Below, one piece after another: positions 12,542 to 24,411 of a DNA stretch of 64,000 bases; within the stretch, counting starts at the first letter, position 1; the number at the start of each line of letters is the position of its first letter. The stretch spans positions 122,611 through 186,610 of the forward strand of contig CBFFRP010000424.1 of assembly GCA_965644295.1 (NCBI GenBank), read 5' to 3'. The notes beneath the pieces are model-generated. The model was given only the letters and a program-made list of their open reading frames with translations, did no database searches and was not told the DNA's origin. Position numbers and translations under genes: made by a program. This DNA is from Paraphysomonas bandaiensis. Its lineage: Eukaryota; Protista; Chrysophyceae.

Positions 12542-13274
12542 GTGAGTTTCCGTACGAGGAGGATGGTTGTCTGTTGTAATTTCTTGTTATTGGTGTGGTA
12601 AAGACGACCTGTGCCCTGTGTGGCGCACTCCTTGCTGTCCATCTGCTGCGTGCTGGCCGCATTGTAATTAGCAGTATTTTTTAACCCTGTGTATATGGAC
12701 AGCTGTTCCCAATGAAGTCCTGGTTCTATTTACCAGTAGTGATCATGATTATATGTTGAATTATAATTAATAATTACCTGTATCAGCTATATGTTTCCTG
12801 GGTCAGCTTGTGGCTGTTGTGTACTGTTAGCTAGCGTACACCGTTAGCTACAAATTGATATCCTGTAAGCAATCTGACTGGGGGAATCTGTGGACTTAAA
12901 TTTTGAGTAATATTGACTAACAAAAAGTATAGTGTGAGCATTTTATAATAAGCACGATAGAAAGTAGTAACAAACTAACTTAATCCAAGTATGCAGTGTA
13001 AGAGTAAAAATGTTTGCAATAGATAATTAAATGAGAGCAATGTATACCTAGCTATCGAGTGAATACAGGAAATTTTTCTACAACGATTAGACACTTCAAT
13101 GAAGGTATGAATTTTAGAAGGTAAACGATATAAACTCCACTTGTGACACTTGGAGCTTAGAAAGTGCAGTGTATGGTGAATTTGGCAGCAATCAGTTAAT
13201 TTAAACATTTAAACTAATCGCATACAGCAAAAGATACTCCTCTCACCCTTCACAGGTAGAATAGACGTATAGAC

Positions 13275-13766
13275 CAGGGATAGGGAACAATATATTGTAT
13301 TGCAATATACTGTACAATATATTGCAATGTATTGTAAAATATATTGATTGGATATATTGATTGGTGGACTGGTCAAATATTCCATCAATAGTGTTTCTGT
13401 TAATAGAACTCACAATACTATTGCAATATATTGCAATCAATATTATGATAGTCATATAAGAGAAGATCCTTAAACAGTATGGTGCAAAAAATATGGTGAT
13501 GATGATGATGTCACCGATGATGGCTCAGAGGATGAGTATGAGGAAACTTTTAATTAGTTAAGAGTAGTGGGTTTGATTATCAAGTGACCTTAGACCTTAT
13601 AATATGGCAAGTACTAAAAATGAAAACTAAGGATGTGTTTACTTACTGATTAGTCATACTAATATATTGCAATATATTGTACAATATATTGAAATAGTAT
13701 TGTAGGGCCGGTTTAAAAAATCCATCAATACTATTGATGGAACGCTACCTAACAATAGTATCCCTG
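13275..13766. mobile_element. hAT-family MITE (492 bp)
   Basis: Termini CAGGGATA...TATCCCTG. Perfect 8-bp TSD GTATAGAC at 13267-13274 and 13767-13774. Subterminal CAATATATTG repeats. Confidence 0.92.
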
Positions 13767-14161
13767 GTATAGACTACTGCAAATACACGTGCAAGTACAC
13801 AAGTACATACTTTGGTGTTCGAACATGTTGACAGTTTACAGTGAAGCACTGATTTACAGGTCATCGAAAGTAATACGAGTATTAATACGAGAATCATGAT
13901 ACTCTAAAGTAGCTGCTAACGTTTACCCAGAGTTGCTACATTTCAACTCAGAAATATTACAAAGACAAAGAATCTAAATACTGATACACACATTGCGCAC
14001 ATAGTACAATAGAGTATTAATTACTAACAGGCGTATACAATAAGTCGTGGTGTTGTTGTACAAAAGTGTGGAAGTATACATGTTATCTGTCGACTACATA
14101 CTTTATCTAAAACTGAAAAAAGATGACAGTGACGACTAGCCGTGCACTAATACAATTCTGG

Positions 14162-16777
14162 CTAAGTTTGTTGCCGGGTAAGCCACCTGTGAAGAGTGGG
14201 TACCCGGCCAGTGGCTGATGACCTTGACCTGCTTCCGCTACTTACTTCAGTGCTTGTGGATTTCTTTTCTTCCTCATCATCAGACCATATTGAGAACTAC
14301 ACAAACATCACCCATCCACTTTAGACATATTATTTAATGTAGGAAGTGGCAATACCTTTGCTTGCTCCTCACCACCCCACTTTTGACCAGCACAGCTAAT
14401 TAAACGCTGAAACCGTTCTACTTCCATCGAGACAAACCCTTCGTCACTCTGAAGAGCAGAAAGGCTGTTACCGTGTCGTGCCAATTGCTCCTTGACCTGT
14501 GACATAGATAACACTTGGCGGCGCAAGGATACACAGCACACCTTCAATATAAGTCTAATCTTGTAGTGAAGGAGAGTGTGGTAGAGTTGCGTCCTTCGTT
14601 TGCAGTGACTACACAGACAAGAGTAAAATGACACATGGCGATGATAAATGTGGCTTACTTAGTAACAGTCCATCTAGTTTCAGGGTCCCGCATTAGCTCC
14701 TGTGGCCATCTACGCTTCCACCACGGAATCGCTTCCTTGCTTTTCGATCGTTGATCCCTCTTGTCAACATCCTGGTCACTGAGAGAGACCATCGCCACAG
14801 AAGATGATAGCCCCCCAGGTGAAACAGACATCGAGGATGATGAGTTCGAGCCAGGAGAATTCGACTGCCATGGGATAATCCCCTGCACTCAGTACTTAAC
14901 ACAAGTGAAGTAGAGGCTTAGGATCTACCCAGCATACCTCTGGTACATGGTCTATCCAGCGCCGCGAGTCCCACAGTCTCGAGGAGTCGTAGGCGGGACC
15001 GTATAGATACACCTGGTACGTCTGACCTCCGGACACCCTTGAGCATGCTTCACATTTAGTTGCATCTCCACGTACATAACTCTACAAGATACGGCACGAT
15101 TAAATGATGGAAAGAGTACTGACGTTTGGCACCTCTTGTACAGCATAGAAGGGGCGCGACAGCAGCTCGTCGAGAAAGGTACCCTTCCAGGCGGAACTCC
15201 CAAGAAGACTCTCCCTACTGGTGCAGATTAGGTTCTCAACCCGCCGGGACGCCGCCGTGTGCCTCGCGATATCCTGTGAGCCGATTTTTTGAGCTCCTGA
15301 ATCTCCCTTAATAGCATTAGCATAGGAGGAATCCAGTAAAACTCGCCCAATCATATCGATGTAAGCAGCCATTGCCTCAGGCACAGGCATGCTCTGTAGC
15401 ACAATGAGAATATAAAATACAGTTCTATTCTTTCCCAACCTTTCTAAGGTGTAAAGGGCTAGATTCCGTTTTCTCTTCATGCAAAATATCCACTCGCCTA
15501 TATAAGGATCTATCATCTCCAATTTCATCTGATGAGACATATGAAGACGACGACTCCTCGTCGTCTGATGCTTGCACAGATGACGATGACTCATCATCTA
15601 CTACACGGCGAGAAGGCGCGCCTGATCGACGGACTGAGGGACGGACATCATCTTCTCCATCGCTGTCGCAACCCCGGCGGCGCTTTGCTGCACTCTTCTT
15701 ACTCCGGCGATCTTTCCGCATTCGCTTTTTTTCGCGTCGCCTGTATGCATAGACTCAATTATGAACTCAAAATTTATTCCAACTGAATCCCAAAAACTTT
15801 AATCACACACAAATTATCCACCTGATGGCTTCTAGTTCCTCTTCCTCTTCTTCGTCTGAGTCCACTATGAATCCTGCCATTCCATCGTCACTGTCTTCTT
15901 CATTATGCTCCTGTTCCTCGCACCCCAGTACCATCTTGCTGCCTTTCCCTCTCCCTGTTCTTCTACTTGAAACTACAGGCCTCATTTCTTCGTCATTGTC
16001 TCCCTCGCCGCTACTACTGTCATGTAGCGCTCCTATTCCCCTCTGACTACGAGCTCTGAGGTCCATGAGGTCATCCAATCGCTGCCGTGTTACTGCTCGT
16101 CTGCGGGATGTAGTAGTACGGGTCGACCGGCGCAAGGGGACCTCAGGTGCGGCACCACTCGAAGAACCCGATCGTCGTCGGTGACGACTAGGACTACCTC
16201 TAGTGCGGCTGCCAACATTGCTACGTCGCCGTCCTTGTACCTCACTACCAGAATTCGAATGATCTGATAAATCCCGCTCATATCCATCACTGTCTGCACC
16301 TTCATCACCATCACCATCACCACTAGATAGCTCTGGCTCAGTATAGTTCGGTCGAATCTTCTTCGACGACCTTGTTCGACGGGAGTGCTGCTGTTCATGG
16401 AACTCATCTCTCAGTTTACAGGCAGTGGGTGTAAGATCCTCCTCCGGCAGCCACTCACGATATACCTTCGATCCCGATCTGTTGCTGAACATGACCTCAT
16501 ACTCCACACCAGAGGACCCTATCTGCTCACCGCTGACACACACAGGCACCGCCTCTGTCTCTGTAGTCTCATGAGGGTCTCCATGCATCGCTTCCATCAC
16601 TCCAGCTGCATCCCATTCACCATCACTTATATCTGTTCCCTGATAATGTTTGGTTGCTGTTGCTGCTGCTGGTGATGATGATGGAGGGTTACATGCGTTC
16701 ACTGGACGACTAATACGGACACACGGATCACCAGAGTCAGAGTCCGAGTCCTCTACTATCCTGCGCTTACGATACAT
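14162..16777 (-). CDS. CCDC82/DUF4211-like protein with N-terminal chromo-like segment and long acidic/Arg-Ser disordered region
   Basis: ORFs 15803-16777, 15425-15721, 15100-15597, 14655-14888 and 14308-14634 join through GT-AG introns. Motifs LLGSSAWKGTFLDELLSRP and HCKRRTQLYHTLLHYK. The last exon ends at TAG 14162-14164. Confidence 0.6.
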
Positions 16778-17379
16778 CAGATTGTCATAAAGGTGGGGTC
16801 AGATGGCTGTAAGGTGGGGTAGAGGGGTGATATGGTATTGTATTGGGTGATAAGGTGTATGTATGTACATGTAGGTATGTATGTGTGCTTATTATGAGGA
16901 TGTTAAGTGGACTCTATACACTATAATACACTATAATACACTATAATACAGTACTCTGTGATGTCCATATAGAGTTCATTTCATAGGTGCCTGTCCTTCA
17001 TGTGATGACTGTCCCCATAGTGTACATACCACTTCCAGCAGAGCATAATAGTACCGGAGTACACATGTACAATAGTACACCAGTACCAGAGTACACCACA
17101 GCAATTATTCGAAATTCAAATCCAACAAGAACATACCATACCGGGCATACATCCACGTACACATGTACATCAGCACTATTCTTTTTTTTCATTCTTGTGT
17201 CCATGGCATGGCTGCATCTGACTGTGTATCATATACACGCATATACAGTACATGGTACACGCATATCTATCTCTCGATATGTATGTATGTACGTATATAC
17301 CAGCCACTTTAACCTCGCGATCTTAAGCATCTTTCGTGTTGATAAGACGTACTGTTTCCGACAGACATTCATATCTTAC

Positions 17380-17960
17380 ATGATGCAAGGTCGCGTAGAA
17401 GCAGCGTTGCCATTGCGACTATACGTAAGGAGACTATAGCGGCCACTGCTTCGACCGAGAAGAGATATGCGCCATTGTCCTCTACATGCAAACACTGAAC
17501 TTGGAGCCAAGTGACATGCACAGAGAGTTTCCCTCTCTGAGTAGAAAGCGGTTTCAGAAATGGAGGTCGAAAGTACGAGCTGAGCGCCCCATATTCAGCA
17601 GCTCGTCCACGAGACCCACTTGCTTGGACGACATGTCGAAACTACAGTGTAGTGCTTGCGTTAATGATGGAAATTATAACGTACCAGAGCTCAGAAAGAT
17701 TTTCAATAGAGAAGTAACTGCTACTGCTGTTAGGCGTGGGATTATTCCTGAGGGGGATAAATGGAAGTAAGTGAATCATCCTTCTTTATTTTTATAAAAT
17801 GGAAGCGAGTCGTATATAGAGAGTCTCCCAGACCACCACTGCACCAAGATAGATCGGATAAGCTACCGGCCCGCTTTTATAACGAGAAATATCCACCAGC
17901 ACGAGGCGACAGTACGTCAGTACAGGCTTGACGAAGTGATTCGGACACTTGGACAAATAA
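17380..17960 (+). pseudogene. Possible degenerate DNA-transposase fragment (HTH-like region)
   Basis: ORF 17486-17770 (RKRFQKWRSKV...TRPTCLD) resembles pogo/Tc1 N-terminal HTH regions, and the downstream frames are broken. Weak support. Confidence 0.3.
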
Positions 17961-19018
17961 GTGACAACGAGGTGATGGAAATAGCATAGCATATGGTTAA
18001 TTTTAATGTTGCTGATTTTATTCTGACTTTTTAATATAAGTACTGTATCCACAATGCACGTAATTTTTCTGTTTTTATAATATTTTTTTTTACTTCAGGG
18101 GTCGTATATAAGAGCTTTACTATAGTTCTAATCTAGAATCTGGCTCCCTACCGCGTCTTGTACAGCAAGTAGTAGTACTCTACGCACTAATGTTGTAACT
18201 AAAATATGACCATGTAATGATTTACACTGTTATTAATATTTAGCTCCACAGGTTTAATACAGAGTAAAAATATAAATCCAGTGTGCGTCTAAACAAAGCA
18301 TAGAGAGTGAACACGCAAACCCGCAGAACATATGCCACCTATATACTATATATTCCCTTTGTACTACTATACAAAACATACAGGATGAATACACAGAACT
18401 TAAGATCATAGAGCTGGTGAAATCGACCTTAAAAGATAACAACTTTTCTATCTTTGACTAGCCTTCATCTAGCTACCAAACTGGTTCTGACTCTCAAAAG
18501 CCTGTTGCAAATAAACAAACATTTATATATATAAGACGACAACTTGAAAATATTTGAATTGTAGCCTTAAACTATTGAAATTAAAACACTTAGAACTTAC
18601 AAGGTCATACGCAGGCAATATAACACAAAATAATATAATATAGTATACAACTAGAGAAAATATGTACATACTGATATACTGTCATTCGAATAACTACTCT
18701 TCATTGCAGACAATACGTATCCAGTGAAGGCACATACTGTAGATAAGTTTCAATAGCGATTGGGGTGCGGTTTCCGACACACTCCTCAATGACAGCCAGA
18801 AGCATATATCAAGGCACGCACTATGTAGGGGGTGTCTATTCATGGGAGTCTCACCATTGCCTCGATATCAGGGTGGGTTCGGTAGGCATGAACAAAAAAA
18901 TATGCTATCCGTGTTTCGAATCAAACGGAAATATGCTGAATATTGGTCATTCGAATGAAAAGAAGATACAATAATCATTCCAGTAGTAAAGAGACACTAT
19001 TAAGTATAAATTTTATTC

Positions 19019-19128
19019 CCCTCAACAAAGTCGTTTTATAGCCCTAACCCTAATCGGACTCGCACCTTTTCGTGGTGTTCTGGGGGATAAGTACCGGAGA
19101 GATCCTCTCTCTGGGAAACTAACGTGAG
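19019..19128 (+). ncRNA. Candidate HDV-like (Pr77/L1Tc-type) ribozyme at the retroposon 5' end
   Basis: P2 CTCGC(19059-63)/GTGAG(19124-28). P3 ACC/GGT with 7-nt loop TTTTCGT. P4 CCGGAGAGA/TCTCTCTGG closed by AGTA/GAA. J4/2 CTAA (19119-22). P1 CCCTCAAC/GTTCTGGG is imperfect. Confidence 0.6.
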
Positions 19129-19506
19129 CCGCAAACATAGTCAGTAGATATTCTTCTGCCCACTCATAGCAGAATGCTTGTGTGGTACAAGGGACACCAA
19201 TATGTGTCACTTGTGTCTTGTGAGACGTCTTTGGGCCATGACGAATAAACAGGCATTCGGGAATGGGCCCACCTCAAGGGTAACCGGGGTATTGGGCTGC
19301 CTGCTGAAGTCAAACATCCTCGGAAGTGGTCGCACCTTGGTGCTTGCGGCGACGCACACGCAGCTTCCGTAGCGTTAAATAGTAGGATAAAAAAGTGTGT
19401 ACTGATTAGTTACAGGTAGAGGTCTAACTAGTTTGTCTAGCATTCATCTAGCTACTAAGTTGGGGCAGGTTTTTAACGCCTATTGCTAGTAATTAGACTT
19501 TCAATA
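19019..19506 (+). mobile_element. Full-length non-autonomous retroposon (copy B) with 14-bp TSD
   Basis: TSD TATAAATTTTATTC at 19005-19018 and 19507-19520. Starts CCCTCAAC, ends GACTTTCAATA. No poly(A) and no meaningful ORF. Confidence 0.92.
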
Positions 19507-19599
19507 TATAAATTTTATTCTTCACTAATGGATAATCTAAAAATAGGTGAAAAAGAAAATTTATTGATTACGGCATTACGGGTTAAATAAATAATATAT

Positions 19600-19790
19600 T
19601 ACTTGTTAGAAGTGAAAGTGCCGTTCAGCACGATTCAATTTTGACTGGAGATCTATATCATCAAGAACTTTTTAATTCTCAAAGGGAGACCGTTTTAAGA
19701 CCTGTATTCGAATGGACAAGCCAACTAAACGCTTGGAGAGATATGATAAGCATGTGGGATGCTCATTTGGTTGAGCGAATATATTTCCAC
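19600..19790 (+). pseudogene. Internally deleted PIF/Harbinger DDE nuclease remnant
   Basis: The N-terminal motif QHDSILTGDLYHQELF...(shifted frame)CIRM is fused directly to the C-terminal motif NAWRDMISMW. Both are typical of Harbinger transposases. Convergent with the Myb/SANT gene. Confidence 0.6.
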
Positions 19791-19992
19791 ACTCGCTGCA
19801 TTGCAATAGTCATTACCATTTGAACACGTAAATAGGTGTAACTAACTCAGTATGGCAAAAGCATGAAATGAATCTTGTAAGCAAATAGTAGCTAATAGCT
19901 ACAGTTCAAGTACTTTGTATATAATTATTTCTACTACTACAGCAAACACACCGATATAAGTCAATAATACAACACACAGGACATAATACAGC

Positions 19993-20886
19993 CTACGTAG
20001 AATAGTACTTTTTAAGGTACACTTCCTTCTCAGCGGGATTCAAACTGATGAACAAATCCGCTTTGTTTCCAAGACACAAGTCTTCTTTAATTTGGAAACA
20101 GGTTGCTCCGTCATATCTGTCTGAAAAACATTCGTCAAATGCTTCACATGCCATCTGGAGAGCCGTTTTACTGAAAATAGCACTTATCAAATACATAACG
20201 TCATCTGTCTCACTACTCTTCCTTTTCCTCCCTCTGGTTGAAGACTTCGTGGGGGATGTGAAACGTGGAGAAGATAGCCTTGGTAAATCGGCCTGATCCA
20301 CGGGGTCATCAACAAACTCATCTGTTAAGTTGATACGAAATTCTCTCCCTCTACTGCTACTGGTAGCTCTCATAACGTCGCTGGAAGAGAAGGACCTAAC
20401 CCCTCTTGCACTTTTGCCAGAAAAAAATGTTTTCAGATCATCGTATCTGGGGAGTGGAGTGCTCCTGTATTTCTCAGCTTCGGGGTGCGCGATTAAATAC
20501 CTGCTCCAGATGTTATTGGAAGTAGTCCCTAGAATTATATAGCTCATACCTATCCCATGTGTCATCAGGAGCTGTTGGCAAATTCTTTTCGTTATCAAAC
20601 CAGAAAGCGCTGCTCTCTCTGAGTTTAGATACAATTCCATACGCTTTCTTTAACTCGCTGCACTTACTCTGCAGTGACTTCCGGCCAAAAGAGGAACCAT
20701 TTTTCTCATTGAATGCAAGCATCATTATATCCCAGTCGCGGGATTTAAACCCTGAAGCTGCGTTCACGCCGTGCGCCACCCTATCGAGCATGACGTCGAT
20801 GAGATATCCTTCACTCTCACTCGTCCACTTACAAGGGGATTCATCAGCTCCTTGCCCCCTCCCCCTTCAATGTCGTCTATCTGCAT
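19993..20886 (-). CDS. Myb/SANT-like DNA-binding protein (Harbinger ORF1 type), 1 intron, apparent frameshift near the start
   Basis: CKWTSESEGYLIDVMLD...GFKSRDW...QSKCSELKKAY...FWFD...WD|RYLIAHPEAEKYRSTPLPRYDDL matches Myb_DNA-bind_3-type proteins. The ATG at 20886 is out of frame across a G5-A-G5 run (~20855-20865). Confidence 0.7.
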
Positions 20887-21215
20887 TGTAAAGTTCCCTT
20901 AAGCTCCTATCTGAAGGTCTTGTACATACAGATCAGCACATGCGGCACGGCACTGCATCACATCGTCCAGCCCTGCGCCTCTCAGTGCAGTCCACTGCAC
21001 GATCCAGTACAGATATACAGTGGTATACGTACCTCAACAATTGTGCGATAGTACGAGAGCACGGTATGGTATGTACTGCTGTATGTGTATGTATGCATCT
21101 ATGTACTTGTGTACGTCTGATTGTTCGAGAATGTGCATATGCAGCAACAGACGCAGCATTCCACGTCCATCCTGAGCTGAGGAGACCCTCTGGAGACACA
21201 GATAGACCATCAACG

Positions 21216-21653
21216 ATGAGGAATGCAACTGCTATTGCTCCTGTTCTATTAGCTATGGTCTGTGTGTGGATGAGACCCATCACTGTGACTGCCAGTGCGG
21301 CTCATGCCCCCTACAGCTCATACGGTCTAACTGCTGCGGCTATATTCAGTTCAGTGGTGTCCACACACAGCAGAGAGATGACAGAAGAGAACAACAAGCG
21401 TTACAATGTGATTATTCGCAGAGGGACGGCTCCCAAAGACTTCTATGCTCTGGCAGACGACATCCGCGCCAGACACCGCGACAACAGCGACAGCAGCAGC
21501 CGGGAGTTTTATGCTGATGTGGAGAAGGTTCTGGTCAACATGAAGATGATCACCATCAATCGTATGTCTGATGCTGCACTGAAGTATTTGAAGTCACATA
21601 AGCTTGTCAAGGAAGTGCGGGAGTTAGGCAGCAGCAGTACTTCTGATTTATAG
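21216..21653 (+). CDS. Small secreted protein resembling a stand-alone peptidase-inhibitor I9 / subtilisin propeptide
   Basis: Signal-peptide-like N-terminus. The pattern RYNVIIRRG...MSDAALKYLKSHKLVKEVRE is typical of I9 folds. Confidence 0.55.
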   Translation: MRNATAIAPVLLAMVCVWMRPITVTASAAHAPYSSYGLTAAAIFSSVVSTHSREMTEENNKRYNVIIRRGTAPKDFYALADDIRARHRDNSDSSSREFYADVEKVLVNMKMITINRMSDAALKYLKSHKLVKEVRELGSSSTSDL

Positions 21654-22959
21654 CCTGAAGTATACAGTGTAACCCCCATATACATATAAGACACATACGC
21701 GTTTGTTGAAATCATAGTTTTGAGTAATATCTCTTACAACTAATTGAATTTTTGTGCTATTTCATACCATTCACTACACTAAACTTCAATCCTAAAACTT
21801 CAGTGCAAGGAGCGAAGCTCCATTCTAGTTAGAGTTTAGAGTAGTACAACAGGAAGGGAGAAAGGTTTAAATTACAATTAATGAAAAACAGACTTTTTAT
21901 GTGATGTGGTATAGCCTTGTTGATGATGCCATCTGTATTAGAATATGGATCTTATTCTAGTATATTCAGTATGTCACTTGAAGACAATGTACGAGAATAC
22001 AGTGAAATATAGTGATGTACAAATGCTGTGATGATATTGAGAAACTGAAATAGTTTGATCTTTGAGATATGTTCAGTAAGGAGAGGTTCGCATATGTAGG
22101 ATATTATGCATGGATTAAAATGAGTTAGTGTTGGTTATCACAACTTCGTGTAAACGATATTAATAAATCTATCTAGTCTTACGACAAATTCTCTCGGTGA
22201 TCTAGTTTAAAATGAGCAATTTCCAATAATCTGTTCTTGCCAGTTTACATAAAACCACAACGTAGTTGACTTAACAGGATGTAATTTCCTCACAGTTTTC
22301 TTGTCCTTCCAGACAAACAATAGCCCGAAAAATGTATACTATATTTTATTGATGAGTTCAACCATCGAACAAACTACGTGTTAGTATCTATAATAAGCCA
22401 TCAATCGATATAAGTATCTAAATCAAAACTATGAAGAAATAAGATTTATAGCTAGTTGTAACATTTAATTAGAGAAACATTTCGTATAACTTAGTGAAGA
22501 TTAGTAATTGAAGACTTTACATGCAAAATAAAGCCTAGTAGTACTACAGCAAGACACAATTGCTAGGAACATAAGAATCAAACACATAACAGCCACGTAT
22601 CTAATATTTCATTGCTATTTATATTTTACTGTATCCTGTTGTATTCTCGTGTCTAAATGATTATAATATTAAGAGGTACATGTGAATTAGTTGACCTTAA
22701 TACTCCCTCAATAATATAATCATTTAGGGCATATCGAAATTCAAGGACAAGTATATATTTATACAAAAAAGTTCTATTGAGGGTAAATCCCACAAGTGCA
22801 ATCATCGACCATAGATTGTGAGTTACAATGATGCTGACGTGTCAACATAAAATCACAGCAATCCGCAGTCACTTGATTGAGTTATCAGCTATCGGAGTGA
22901 ATACTCCGGCTGACATCTTCCTCTCCCCATCAGTGAATCCCGCATGGTAGAGGTGGTCG

Positions 22960-23430
22960 GATTGGGTAGGATGTCAGCCGACATTTGTTAATGGGAATAT
23001 AGTCGACGAGGATAGGATAGGATAGGATAGGATAGGATAGGATTCAACTTGCTGTAGTATGAAATGGTATCTAATGTTGATGTGTTTGTTGCGTTGGTGA
23101 TGTACAGAATTTAAGCATACCTTTGTTGTCGCACCAAATAGTTGTTGAAAAGGTAGTTGAAACCCCAATTACGAAAGTAGCAGGCATATAGCCAAATTGT
23201 TTCCTGACAAGCAGATGATACAGAGTCATGTATTTTGTTCCTGTAGAAGAAGATAGGGCGACGGTGGTTAGTAGTGATTGCTGTAGTCAGATTACATCGG
23301 TCCCAATCGCTGTCAGCGAATCCTGTTAGTGTGACTGATTTTTCGGAGTAGCAAAATTCGTTATTGATGGTTCCTTTGAGGTATCTAAGGACATTGAGTG
23401 CAGCTTTGCATGTGGTTAGGTTTGGATATT
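22960..23430 (-). mobile_element. Ty1/Copia pol (RT C-terminus/RNase H) pseudogene fragment
   Basis: Minus-strand motifs NVLRYLKGT, GFADSDW, TVALSSTGTKY, HQRNKHINIRYHFI and ADIL. Interrupted by (GGATA)n at ~23009-23043. Confidence 0.85.
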
Positions 23431-24411
23431 ACGAAAACCACTACTAATACTGTAATATAAGCTTTCCGTACCTTGTTCAAAATATAGCCTTTGCAGTATT
23501 GATATATATTCTTAAAATAATAATAAAATTAGTTGTTCGTATTTTAATAATTATAAATCTTTCCAATTCTGATGTGAGCATAATATATATATATATTAAA
23601 AGAAAGAATAAATTTATATATAGTAAAATACATCCTTGAAAGTTTGGACTTTTCTTACAGTGAAAAAAGTATTAATTTAAATGTATCAACTATAACTTAA
23701 TACTAGTGACCTTAGAGTGACGGCTTATAGGAGATAAAGCACCTTTGTGTGATGCATTCCGCGCGAGATAAACTATAGGGTAGTAGACTTTGTTGGCGTT
23801 AGATTGAGTTTTAGTGTGTTAGCGATAAAATGCCATAGAGAACTGGAAAGTAATATTTGTCTAGGGTGTGTGTGTTTTATATTAACATAACAACATTGTG
23901 GTGCAAAAATTGTTCTTCTGCACTACGCGCCAATCTATCAACAGCAGCTTGTCAAGCTTGTCACCCGGAACAGCTAAGCAGCTGACTACCTGTCTGTAAT
24001 TACATTGGTCAACCAATTATAGATGGTTGAAGAAATAATGTTAAATCGTCAGACTAAATCGTTACTATTGCTTACACAATTGTGCCATGTCGCATAAAAT
24101 ATATATCACCAACATAATTTTAGCTTCTTTTATACCAATCACTGATAAACTTCCGTATCTCGAATCGTATATACTGCGTGTATACTTCAGTTCTATCTTA
24201 TTGAAACATATGAATGCTAGAAGTGTTACACTTCAGCTCTACCTTACAAATATCTATCTGATTCTACCTTAAACCTTAAAACAGTACCTTTTCAATTTAG
24301 ATTACTTAACCACTTGTAGTTGATGTCACTGATCGAGCTATCAAGCACTGAGTTGAACCCTTTATTTTTACATATATGGGAAATCACAAGTACAGAACAC
24401 GAAAAAAGTAT

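Noticed and set aside
19085-19125. 5S rRNA- or tRNA-derived SINE head (AGTAC...GGGAA resembles 5S loop E)
   Set aside because: No 5S box A/C or tRNA A/B boxes. The motif is better explained as the P4 region of a Pr77-like ribozyme.
19370-19390. CGTTAAATAG resembling a pistol ribozyme segment
   Set aside because: The required P1 hairpin and pseudoknot partners are absent.
22905-22980. Inverted repeat CGGCTGACATC...GATGTCAGCCG
   Set aside because: A local fold-back at the broken end of the Copia remnant, with no evidence of function.
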